Positions 15,541 through 24,021 of a stretch of 39,007 nucleotides of DNA are shown one piece after another; position 1 is the stretch's first letter, and the number at the start of each line of letters is the position of its first letter. The notes beneath the pieces were generated by a model. It saw only the letters and a program-made list of their open reading frames with translations, was not told the origin of the DNA and did no database searches. A program made the translations under genes and the position numbers. Location: the NCBI GenBank assembly GCA_050013295.1, contig JBEKFN010000001.1, positions 1-39,007 of the forward strand, in the 5' to 3' direction. The stretch is from Terriglobales bacterium. GTDB taxonomy: Bacteria; Acidobacteriota; Terriglobia; Terriglobales; Acidobacteriaceae.

Positions 15541-17919
15541 GGGCAATTGCACTCCGGCGGTCCCGGACTGATTATTGCCGCCGGCGGCCACGGAGTACTC
15601 GACGAAGGTGACGTTCTTGAGACCGGCGGAACTGGCGGTGACAGTGACCGTGGAGACGGTGGTCGGCAACTGTAGAGTGGTGCGAGCCAAGCCTTTGGCG
15701 TCGGTGACCACGGAAGACGGATTGGGAACGGCACCATTGTTGGCGGTGAAGTTGACGGTGACACCGGGGACGCCGTTCCTGTAGACGTCTTGGGCCTGCG
15801 CGACGATAGGGTTGGGGAGGATGGAACTACCGGTCTGCTTCGCTCCGCCGTAGGAGATGATTTTAATGGCGGCGGCGGCAGCAGCGGTAGCAGTGGTGGT
15901 GGCATTACCGAAGCCAGTCCCGGACATCGTCAGGGTGTAGGTCCCAGATTTTTGCGGAACGGTATAGGTGATGGAAGCGTTGCCGCTGGCGTCGGTGGTG
16001 ACGGAACCAGTGCCAGGGCCGGAGGAGGGATGGAATACGCCGCCTTTGCCGCCATCGCTGAAGTTGACGATGGCGCCGACGTTGGGTTGTCCGTTGTATG
16101 GATTGGCGACCTGGACCTTGATTGGCGCGGGCAGCGCGGTGCCGACGGTAGCAGTCTGGGCATTGCCTCCGGTAACCGTGACGACGGGAAAGAGTCCGTA
16201 GGCTTCGAGACTAGTCTGGGTGCCGACGAAGAGCTTGCCGCCGGCAACGGTCTGAGTGACGAAATGGCCAACGTGCGGAAACGCGTCGCGCTTATTGGAG
16301 GCCTGAATCGTGGAATAAAGCAGTTCGAGAGGAGCGTACTGGTTCTGGCAGGTGCCTGCCGGTGCGCTTGCGGTACAAGCGTTAAAGGCGAGAAGTTCAC
16401 TACCGCTGATCGCCCATACAATTCCGTTGGTGTTGCCGTTGGCGGAAATGGATGGGGAGTGGCTGCCGCTATATTTCTGGGCAGTCATAGCGGGAGTGCC
16501 CAGCTTTCCGCCGGACACCGGATAAGCCAATACCGGAGAGGCATCGGGTGCGAAGTAAACGGTCTCGTTCCAGTAGGCGGCAGAACCGAACTGGACGTCG
16601 TAGTCACTTTCCGGGTTGGCACTTTTTTCGAGGAGGGGAAATTCCTGGACGACCTGAGGATCGGTCGGCCCCCCCGGGGCGTACATTCCCATGTTATCGC
16701 GATTGAGAACGTAGACCCAGCCCTGCTTGCCGCTGGCGACAAGTTCATGGGTGTCGTCTTGATCGGGGAGGATGAGAACCCCGGTGGAACTCAAGTCAAG
16801 ATCGTTGGAGTTGAGGTAGGCCACGGTCCAAGGGGTGAAATAATCTAAAACCGTGAGATCGGGGGCAAGCTTCACCACGCTGTTGCAGTAGGTCTGACCA
16901 CCGCTTGGGAGATCATAGTGGCCCGCGCCCGCGACTTCGGCGGTCTCAAAGAAGATGTTGCCGGCTTCATCGGCGGCAAGACCGGTGCCAGCCTGCCAGA
17001 TGGAAGTCAATCCCCAGTCGGGCGACGTGTTGAAGACCGCGAGTGGTGCCAGATACTCAGAACTCCCCATAGCGGCGCTTGCGTTGTAGGAAAGGACCCA
17101 GCCGCTGTTTTGGTCGTTGCAGCCGTTCGAGCCGAAGCCAATGTAGAGGATACCGTTGACCGTCAACAAGAGGCCGGGGCGGTTTTTCTGGTGAAGGCTG
17201 TTGAAAACGGTGACGTGTCCCTTGTTGCTGGTCGTTTGGATGTTTTTGATTTGAACGGGGCTGCCCGGTTGCTCATTGCCGCTGGTGATGTCGAGGGCGT
17301 GGATATGATGACGGACGGTGCCGTTCAGAGCCGTCTTGGCCACCAGATACATGGTATTGGTGGTGGGATCGATGACGGGTGTACCAATGATGCCTTCCTC
17401 ATCGAAACCGCTTCCCAGACCGCAGGGCAAAGTCTTGTCGCTGACAGTGGCGGGAGTGCCACCGACATTGAGCATGCTGGCGTGCCAGAGCTGGGCGCCT
17501 GAGTCGGCGTCAATGGCGTAGACCGAATCCGCCATGGTGACGACGTAGACGACGTTGTGGCTACCCTGCCCGAGAATATTCACGTTGGGCATGTAGAGCG
17601 GCTGGGCCATCACGTCGGCGTTGGGCGACGCAGCCACGCCAGGGTCGACGGGAAAGCTGAAGAGGTGGCCGAAGCTATTCTTGTTGACGTTGGCGGGGGT
17701 GAGCAGAGTTTCGTAGATATTCGCGCCGTCGCGTGCGCTATCAAAGCGGCTGGTGGGAAAAGGCTGCTGCGCGAACGAGGGCGACAGCAAGACAATACAG
17801 AAGATGAGCAGAGTCAGGCCAAGATTGCGGGCAGGCGACGCACACATCGATTGATGAATGGTTCGGGAAGGCGCGCTGGAACGGATTTTCGCAACCTGGG
17901 GTGACAAGAAATTACGCAT
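15538..17919 (-). CDS. Secreted PQQ-like beta-propeller protein with C-terminal bacterial Ig-like (Big_1-type) repeats
   Basis: GGAGG SD 10 nt upstream of the ATG. Signal peptide. Propeller-type region (VVYVVTMADSVYAIDADSGAQLW...). Two repeats of the GGxxQTxxVGTALPxPI...VTFxxxxGG type. Confidence 0.85.
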   Translation of the reverse strand: MRNFLSPQVAKIRSSAPSRTIHQSMCASPARNLGLTLLIFCIVLLSPSFAQQPFPTSRFDSARDGANIYETLLTPANVNKNSFGHLFSFPVDPGVAASPNADVMAQPLYMPNVNILGQGSHNVVYVVTMADSVYAIDADSGAQLWHASMLNVGGTPATVSDKTLPCGLGSGFDEEGIIGTPVIDPTTNTMYLVAKTALNGTVRHHIHALDITSGNEQPGSPVQIKNIQTTSNKGHVTVFNSLHQKNRPGLLLTVNGILYIGFGSNGCNDQNSGWVLSYNASAAMGSSEYLAPLAVFNTSPDWGLTSIWQAGTGLAADEAGNIFFETAEVAGAGHYDLPSGGQTYCNSVVKLAPDLTVLDYFTPWTVAYLNSNDLDLSSTGVLILPDQDDTHELVASGKQGWVYVLNRDNMGMYAPGGPTDPQVVQEFPLLEKSANPESDYDVQFGSAAYWNETVYFAPDASPVLAYPVSGGKLGTPAMTAQKYSGSHSPSISANGNTNGIVWAISGSELLAFNACTASAPAGTCQNQYAPLELLYSTIQASNKRDAFPHVGHFVTQTVAGGKLFVGTQTSLEAYGLFPVVTVTGGNAQTATVGTALPAPIKVQVANPYNGQPNVGAIVNFSDGGKGGVFHPSSGPGTGSVTTDASGNASITYTVPQKSGTYTLTMSGTGFGNATTTATAAAAAAIKIISYGGAKQTGSSILPNPIVAQAQDVYRNGVPGVTVNFTANNGAVPNPSSVVTDAKGLARTTLQLPTTVSTVTVTASSAGLKNVTFVEYSVAAGGNNQSGTAGVQLP

Positions 17920-18403
17920 TACCTTGTTTCCTCCGAATACAACCGCCGGGAGCCGGGGTTTACCCTGGTAAATAGCACTTAGAAGGGCCTACTGTAAAAG
18001 TAGAACCTGACGGAATCTGTAACTAGGTATGGAGCCTTTTATACAGCCAAGGATGTGGAATCACAATCCAATTGTTTAGAGGCAAGGTGCAAAGTCTTGC
18101 ACATTCTGCTTATTTTCTTCTGGCGGAACTCGCGCTTTCACGCACGTTGCGGCGCGACTTTCGAAGCGCTTACGGCATTAGCTCCACTGGTTCATACTCG
18201 GTCGGATTCATGCGGCGGTTCCACGCCCGAGTCTACTCTCATTCTCAGCAGCGCCGTTTGTCCCGGTAAGGTTAAGGTCGAGGTCGCACCTTTCAACGTT
18301 GTAGACGCGCATCGCCTGCGAAACTCTTTGCACCATTCCATACAACTTTTCGGGAGCTTCCGGGTTCAATAGTATGTAGGAGTGTGATTGTCAGGAGGAG
18401 ATC

Positions 18404-19012
18404 TTGAAAGTATCGCGCTTGTTTGGTAAGGCAATCGGTTTCGGGTTGGCGGCGAGAGCCGTTCTTTTGTCCTTTTTGATTGGCGCAGCGGCATGGGCCT
18501 GCGCCCAGAGTGGCGCCATGACTCCTTATCAGGACGAATCCGACGGCGCCAGCGCCGGCGGAAAATGGTTGGAGTTTCACTCCACCGACAAGATGACGGG
18601 CGCGAAAAAAGTGCGCTTTGAAATCCAGTCGGACAATTATTTTCGCGAAGACACGGAGTACAAGCCCAGAGTGGATCTGTATTGCGATGACGGCAAGCTC
18701 AAGCTGGCCGACTTCAATCCCGGAGTCAGACTGCCTCCGCCGAACCGCCCCGGCTTCTGGGGACAGCCCCAGTTGGAAGTTATGGTCCGCGTTGACGATG
18801 CGCACTACTTCAAGGGCTGGAACTGGATGCGCGGCCACTTCCTCTCCATGGACAAGGGCACCGTTAGGGGCTTGATCGGGGCCCAGGTTTTCAAGGTGGA
18901 ACTCCCAACGCGGAGCGGACGACAGATCGCCGAGTTTTCTCCCGGCGGGCTGGATCTGGATCGAGTCAAACACGCCTGCGATCTGACGCCGAAGAAGCCG
19001 AGTTCGGACTAG
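18404..19012 (+). CDS. Secreted hypothetical protein (TTG start)
   Basis: AGGAGG SD 6 nt upstream of the TTG. Signal-peptide-like N-terminus. No domain recognised. Confidence 0.65.
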   Translation: MKVSRLFGKAIGFGLAARAVLLSFLIGAAAWACAQSGAMTPYQDESDGASAGGKWLEFHSTDKMTGAKKVRFEIQSDNYFREDTEYKPRVDLYCDDGKLKLADFNPGVRLPPPNRPGFWGQPQLEVMVRVDDAHYFKGWNWMRGHFLSMDKGTVRGLIGAQVFKVELPTRSGRQIAEFSPGGLDLDRVKHACDLTPKKPSSD

Positions 19013-19083
19013 GGCTGGTCGTCACGAACTTCGCATGCCTTATATGGCCTTATAAGGAGGCGCGGCATAGGTGAATAAGACAT

Positions 19084-19641
19084 TTGCGCTTGTCCTATTC
19101 CTTGGGTTACTTGCGACCGCACGGGAAGGCCCAGGAGCAAGCCTCGAAACTTGAGGCGTATGGCGGCTACTACTACGCGCGCTTCAATGTAAATGCCAGT
19201 GCCGCCAGCGGCGCACCCTCGGAAACATTCAACGGCAACGGCGGCGGTGGCCAGCTCGAGTACAACGCCAACAACTGGCTCGGTGTGGTGGGAGATATGG
19301 CCGGCTATGGTGCGACCGCCACCACAAACGGCGCCTTGGTCGGAGGAGCGTTTACCTATCTTTTTGGGCCCCGAGTGAATTTCAGGCACGGCAAAGTTAC
19401 GCCATTCGCTCAGACCCTCTTCGGAGGCATTTGGACAACCGACGGGATTGGCCACTCAGGGTCCGAAAATAATTTTGCCATGACGGCGGGCGGCGGCATT
19501 GATTTCAAAGTGTCCAAGCACGTCTCCGTTCGCCCCGTACAGGCCGAGTACTTCATGACCAAAATCCCAGATGGTCTCAACAACCGCCAGAACAATCTGC
19601 GGCTTGGCGCCGGAATTGTTCTACGGCTGGGCCGAGATTAG
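19084..19641 (+). CDS. Outer-membrane beta-barrel protein (OmpA-like/porin-type barrel). The N-terminus is apparently frameshifted away from its signal peptide.
   Basis: Alternating aromatic/Gly-rich strands ending ..NNLRLGAGIVLRLG. A signal peptide (VNKTFALVLFLGLLATA) with an AAGGAGG SD is encoded from 19071 in another frame. Confidence 0.7.
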   Translation: MRLSYSLGYLRPHGKAQEQASKLEAYGGYYYARFNVNASAASGAPSETFNGNGGGGQLEYNANNWLGVVGDMAGYGATATTNGALVGGAFTYLFGPRVNFRHGKVTPFAQTLFGGIWTTDGIGHSGSENNFAMTAGGGIDFKVSKHVSVRPVQAEYFMTKIPDGLNNRQNNLRLGAGIVLRLGRD

Positions 19642-19740
19642 TAGAGCCTGGAGTCCAGCACAATTTGACTGCCCCGCCTGCATCGCCAGCCCTTCCTGCG
19701 AATCCAATGATGATATCGTTGGACTCGCATCTGGAGGCGC

Positions 19741-20883
19741 ATGAAGATTGGCATCACCTGTTATCCAACTTACGGCGGCAGCGGAGTTGTCGCCACTGAA
19801 TTGGGGCTTGAGCTCGCTCGCCGGGGCCACGAGATTCATTTCATCTCCTATTCCCAGCCCATTCGTCTGACCGGGCCGGAACCTAACATTCATTATCATG
19901 AGGTCGAGGTCACGCGCTATCCACTATTTGAATATCCTCCGTACGATCTGGCGCTGGCGACGCGCATGGCCGAGGTGTCCCAGCTCTACGAACTCGATTT
20001 GCTGCACGTGCACTATGCGATCCCGCATTCGGTAAGCGCGATGCTGGCCAAGCAGATGCTGGCGGCAACTCCGCCGCGGAAGCATCTGCCGTTTGTCACC
20101 ACCCTGCACGGCACCGACATCACTCTGGTCGGGCTCGACCGCTCGTATCTTCCGATTACGCGTTTTTCCATCGAGCAGAGCGACGGCGTAACGGCGATCT
20201 CGCAATATCTGCGCAACCGCACGCTCAAAGTATTCGACGTCAAGAACCACATCGAAGTCATTCCGAATTTCGTGAACTGCGACGACTATCTGCGCAAACC
20301 GGAATGGATGGAAAAGCGCAGCGAGTATGTCTCGAATGACGAGCGGCTGCTGGTGCACCTTTCCAACTTCCGCCCGGTGAAACGCGTCCTGGACGTGATC
20401 GAAATCTTTGACCGCGTTCGCAAGAAGATTCCTTCCAAGCTGTTACTGATTGGCGACGGGCCCGATCGCTCCCAGGCGGAATGGCTGGCGGTGCAAAAAG
20501 GTATTCACGAGCACGTGCTGTTTCTAGGGAAACAGGATCAGATCCGGGAAAAACTGGCTATCTCAGACGTGCTGTTGATGCCCAGCGAACTGGAAACGTT
20601 CGGACTCGCGGCACTGGAAGGGATGGCCTGTGAGGTCGTCCCCATTGCCACTCGCTCCGGAGGAGTGCCGGAACTGATCGAGCACGGAGTGACCGGATTC
20701 CTGGCCGATGTCGGCGACGTGGAAACCATGGCGCGTTACGCCATCGATCTGCTGAATGATGAATCCGCCCTGCGCGCCATGGGAAAACGGGCGCGTGCCG
20801 CCGCCCAGGAAAAATTCTGCGCCAGCAAGATCATTCCGCTTTACGAAGACTTTTACCGAAAGGTGCTGGGGCGCTCGTCATAG
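19741..20883 (+). CDS. bshA: GT4 glycosyltransferase, BshA-type (N-acetyl-alpha-D-glucosaminyl L-malate synthase)
   Basis: MKIGITCYPTYGGSGVVATELG... N-terminus and E(x7)E-type C-terminal motif (PSELETFGLAALEGMA). GGAGG SD. Confidence 0.8.
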   Translation: MKIGITCYPTYGGSGVVATELGLELARRGHEIHFISYSQPIRLTGPEPNIHYHEVEVTRYPLFEYPPYDLALATRMAEVSQLYELDLLHVHYAIPHSVSAMLAKQMLAATPPRKHLPFVTTLHGTDITLVGLDRSYLPITRFSIEQSDGVTAISQYLRNRTLKVFDVKNHIEVIPNFVNCDDYLRKPEWMEKRSEYVSNDERLLVHLSNFRPVKRVLDVIEIFDRVRKKIPSKLLLIGDGPDRSQAEWLAVQKGIHEHVLFLGKQDQIREKLAISDVLLMPSELETFGLAALEGMACEVVPIATRSGGVPELIEHGVTGFLADVGDVETMARYAIDLLNDESALRAMGKRARAAAQEKFCASKIIPLYEDFYRKVLGRSS

Positions 20884-22240
20884 TCGTCATCAGCTCCTCC
20901 GGATTAGGCAGAATGGGAAGCCGCAACCGGATCAGCGTGCCGCCGCCTTCCCGGTTTTCGATCATCATCTTCGCGGCATCGCCATAGAGCACCTTCAGAC
21001 GCTCGGCAACGTTGGCCATGCCGATGCCGCCGCCCCCAAAACCATCGGGTTGCTCAAGCAATTGCGCTGCCCCCATGCCGATACCGTCGTCTTCCACTTC
21101 GACCACCAGGCGCGATTTGATCAGCCGGCTGCGCAGTGTAATGCTGCCGCCTTCGACTTTGGGAGAAAGTCCGTGCTTGATGCAGTTTTCCACCAGCGGC
21201 TGCAACAGCATGCTGGGAACCATGACTGCCAGAGACGCCGGATCAAGGTCCTTGACGACCTTGAGTTTGTCCCGTCCAAAGCGCACAACTTCAATGTCCA
21301 GATAATTGTCGATGAACTCCACTTCCTCGCACAGCGGAACGAACGAATCCGCACTCTGCAACAGGCGGCGAAGAATGGCAGCGAGTTTCAGGATCATCTC
21401 CCGCGCCGTGTCGGGATCGAAGCGCACCAGCGACGAAATGGAGTTCAGCGTATTGAACAGGAAGTGCGGGTTGATCTGATTCTGCAACGCCACCATGCGC
21501 GCCTGCAGCAGCAACCGCTCCTGCTCTTCCAGCTTGATCTGGATGCGGACGCTATTGAAGATTTTCAGTTCCGTGCCCACCACCATGACCACCGTCAGAT
21601 AGATCGCGCTCTCGACCAAATACCCATCCAGAGTTCCGCCGGCGCCATTCACCCACAGGGCGGGGCTTTCCAGGCTGAAGATGGCGTTCGGCCAGAAGCG
21701 CCAAATTTCCGTCTGCAGAAAACGCATGCCTACGATGGTCACGAAAAAAGCAATCTGCCAATCGAACACGCGCGGCCGCGGCAGATTGCGGCGAATCATG
21801 CGATAGAGGGTAAGGTCGATAAATGGCGAGAACGACCAGATGTCTTCCTGCTCGGGCGCGACCCGGCGCAACTGCCCGGCAATAATTCCCGCGAGCACAT
21901 TCAGCGGCAAGATGGCCCACTCTCCGTGCACTGCCGCGGGCAGCGACATCAGCGCTCCGCCCAGCCCTCCCGACAGGCGCCCGCCCACCACGCCCAGCAG
22001 CAGCGCGGTTTCCAGCGACAAGTCGCCAGCGAGGAAGCTTTTAACGCTGACACGTATCCAGACGCCGAGTGCGATCGGGATCGCCATCCACAACGCCAGA
22101 TAAATCTTCTGCCGGGTTTCGCGTTGCTCACGGAAGAGCAGACCCTTGAATTCTTTGGACCGCACCAGCGCGCTCGACACGGCCGCAGCCACGCCCAGCT
22201 TGATCAGGAGGTTGACGAGTATCAGCCGCGGTTCCAGCAT
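20831..22240 (-). CDS. LytS/YehU-type sensor histidine kinase
   Basis: Multi-TM N-terminus. His_kinase motif QINPHFLFNTLNSI. HATPase_c (LVENCIKHG...DDGIGM...GGIGMANV). Start at MLEPRL; the longer track ORF reads through repeat R1c. Confidence 0.9.
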   Translation of the reverse strand: MLEPRLILVNLLIKLGVAAAVSSALVRSKEFKGLLFREQRETRQKIYLALWMAIPIALGVWIRVSVKSFLAGDLSLETALLLGVVGGRLSGGLGGALMSLPAAVHGEWAILPLNVLAGIIAGQLRRVAPEQEDIWSFSPFIDLTLYRMIRRNLPRPRVFDWQIAFFVTIVGMRFLQTEIWRFWPNAIFSLESPALWVNGAGGTLDGYLVESAIYLTVVMVVGTELKIFNSVRIQIKLEEQERLLLQARMVALQNQINPHFLFNTLNSISSLVRFDPDTAREMILKLAAILRRLLQSADSFVPLCEEVEFIDNYLDIEVVRFGRDKLKVVKDLDPASLAVMVPSMLLQPLVENCIKHGLSPKVEGGSITLRSRLIKSRLVVEVEDDGIGMGAAQLLEQPDGFGGGGIGMANVAERLKVLYGDAAKMMIENREGGGTLIRLRLPILPNPEELMTTMTSAPAPFGKSLRKAE

Positions 22241-22249
22241 CAAGATCAC

Positions 22250-22323
22250 TTGCTGGTGGAGAGCCGGGCGTCCCCGCCCGGCCGCCGCGCTGCCGGACGG
22301 CCGAGGACGCCCGTCGCTCCACC
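22250..22323 (-). repeat. GC hairpin repeat, family R1, copy c (compound form)
   Basis: GGTGGAG + AGCCGGGCGTCCCCGCCCGGC + second hairpin GGACGG..CCCGTC + CTCCACC. Starts 11 nt upstream of the kinase ATG. Confidence 0.8.
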
Positions 22324-22363
22324 GATGGCTTTCTTCCCGCAAGATGGCGCGTGCGCTGCGGGA

Positions 22364-23662
22364 TCAGCCTACGATTGTACCCGCGGCCTGCTGCAAAAGC
22401 TGCTCAACCTTGATATTCGAGCCCGCCGGAACTCCGCCCTGGGCGAAATCACGGCTTCCGCCGCCGCGCCCTCCAACCGACGACAACACCCGCTTGAGCA
22501 ACGCTCCCATGTCAGCCGTCGAGCCGGGCGTGCCGCCGGAACCCTGCGCGAGATTCTGAGACGACGTTTGCGATGAAGTCTGCGCGAAAACCAGACCCGG
22601 CGGATCCACGCTGCTCCCCACCAGCGCGATAGCCGGCGTGCCCGCTCTGGTCACTTTCTGGGCAAACAGCTTAGCGAAGCCGATGTCGCGATCCGAAAAC
22701 GCCCGTACTACTATCTTCCGCCCGTTCGTCTCCGCTTGATTGTGAAGCGCGGCCAAAGCCATCAGCTCGGCAAGTTCGTCGAGCGCACCTTCCATTTGCT
22801 TGCGCACCAGCTTGCTCTCTTCGACATTCTTGCGGATCTGATTCGGCACATCCCAGAGCTGCGACGAGAATAGTGCGGCCGCCTCACTGAGCGCGCTGTA
22901 GTCTCGCCGCGCCATGCGAACTGCGCGACCGCCGCAGACAAACTCCACTCGTGTTCCCTGCCGCACCCTTTCGCTTTTCCGGAGAATGATCGAACCGATC
23001 TGCCCGCTCGAGCTGACGTGAGTTCCGCCACATGCCGACACATCGAAATCCGCGACCTCGACCAAGCGCAGTTCGTCGCGCTCCGCGGGAGGCAGTTTGC
23101 GCAGGCCAAGCTTCTCCGCTTCCGCACGGGAAACATACCGAATCCTCACCGGACGGTTCTCAAACACAACCTGATTGGCCCGCTTCTCAGCCCCGGCAAT
23201 CTGTTCCGAACTTACCGACGGCGCTGCCAGATCAATCGAGCAATAGTCTTCCCCCATGTGGAACGAGACGGTCGGCATCTGGTAAAGCTCAATAAAAGCC
23301 GCCGAGAGCACATGCTGTCCGGTGTGCTGCTGCATATGGTCGCGGCGGCGTTCGGGATCGATGATGCCATGCACCGCCGCGCCCGCGAGCGGCAACCGCG
23401 GCGGCGCTTCCAGGTAGTGGACGATCCTGCCGTCTTCTGCCTCGGCAACTTCTGCGACGCGGAGGCGAGCGTCGTCTTCGCCGTGCTCGCCCAGCGTGAG
23501 CCATCCAGTGTCATGCACCTGGCCGCCGCTGGTCGGATAAAACGCCGTTTCCCGCAGGATGACCGCCGGGCGCGATTGCGCAGACGAGACGGGTGCGACG
23601 TCCTCGACAACTGAATCGAATTCGTGAACTTCAGAGCTGTCGTAATATAGACGTTTGGTCAT
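22364..23662 (-). CDS. alaX: AlaX-L type alanyl-tRNA editing protein (AlaRS-like, tRNA_SAD plus DHHA1)
   Basis: HxxxH (HTGQH) and CxxxH (CGGTH) zinc motifs. C-terminal GGRGGGSRDFAQGG. Start at MTKRLYYD. Confidence 0.88.
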   Translation of the reverse strand: MTKRLYYDSSEVHEFDSVVEDVAPVSSAQSRPAVILRETAFYPTSGGQVHDTGWLTLGEHGEDDARLRVAEVAEAEDGRIVHYLEAPPRLPLAGAAVHGIIDPERRRDHMQQHTGQHVLSAAFIELYQMPTVSFHMGEDYCSIDLAAPSVSSEQIAGAEKRANQVVFENRPVRIRYVSRAEAEKLGLRKLPPAERDELRLVEVADFDVSACGGTHVSSSGQIGSIILRKSERVRQGTRVEFVCGGRAVRMARRDYSALSEAAALFSSQLWDVPNQIRKNVEESKLVRKQMEGALDELAELMALAALHNQAETNGRKIVVRAFSDRDIGFAKLFAQKVTRAGTPAIALVGSSVDPPGLVFAQTSSQTSSQNLAQGSGGTPGSTADMGALLKRVLSSVGGRGGGSRDFAQGGVPAGSNIKVEQLLQQAAGTIVG

Positions 23663-23730
23663 GATGGAGATCGTGTAGCGCGGACACTCCTGTCCGCGCC
23701 CCGCGCCAGCCAGTCTCAATTTCTCAGGCT

Positions 23731-23845
23731 GATCGGTTTTGAAAGGGTGCGGCTTCAGCCGCGCCGCAAAAGCGTTCAAATCTCATTGGGCTTCAGCCCC
23801 TGAGGCGATCCCTCTGCGCGGAGAAAATATTTCCCCGCAGCCAAC
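23731..23845. repeat. Degenerate relative of the MITE core (GCGGCTTCAGCCGCGCC and GGGCTTCAGCCCCTGAGG hairpins)
   Basis: Shares both hairpin modules with 10602..10745, 15398..15540 and 34472..34550. The right end TTTCCCCGCAGCC resembles the MITE terminus. Confidence 0.6.
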
Positions 23846-24021
23846 CCAACTGACCTCGCAAAGCAAAAGTCAGGCACCGGCGAACCACTGCACACGAAAG
23901 AGCCCGTTACCGTTGCTTCCTTCCGGACCTGGCGGGGTTGGCGGGAAAACGTCGCGCGGAACCGATGCCTGACTCTTCATACTATCAAGAGAACGGCGAA
24001 AACAGGAATGGACTCGGGATT

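Noticed and set aside
20756-22576. 606-aa plus-strand ORF. Similar long antisense ORFs occur at 15790..16848, 27338..28339, 30807..31904, 14672..15286, 18293..18973, 5102..5851 and 991..1707.
   Set aside because: All lie antisense to well-supported genes, span intergenic repeats, and have Arg/His/Gln/Pro-rich nonsense composition. They are typical shadow frames in GC-rich DNA.
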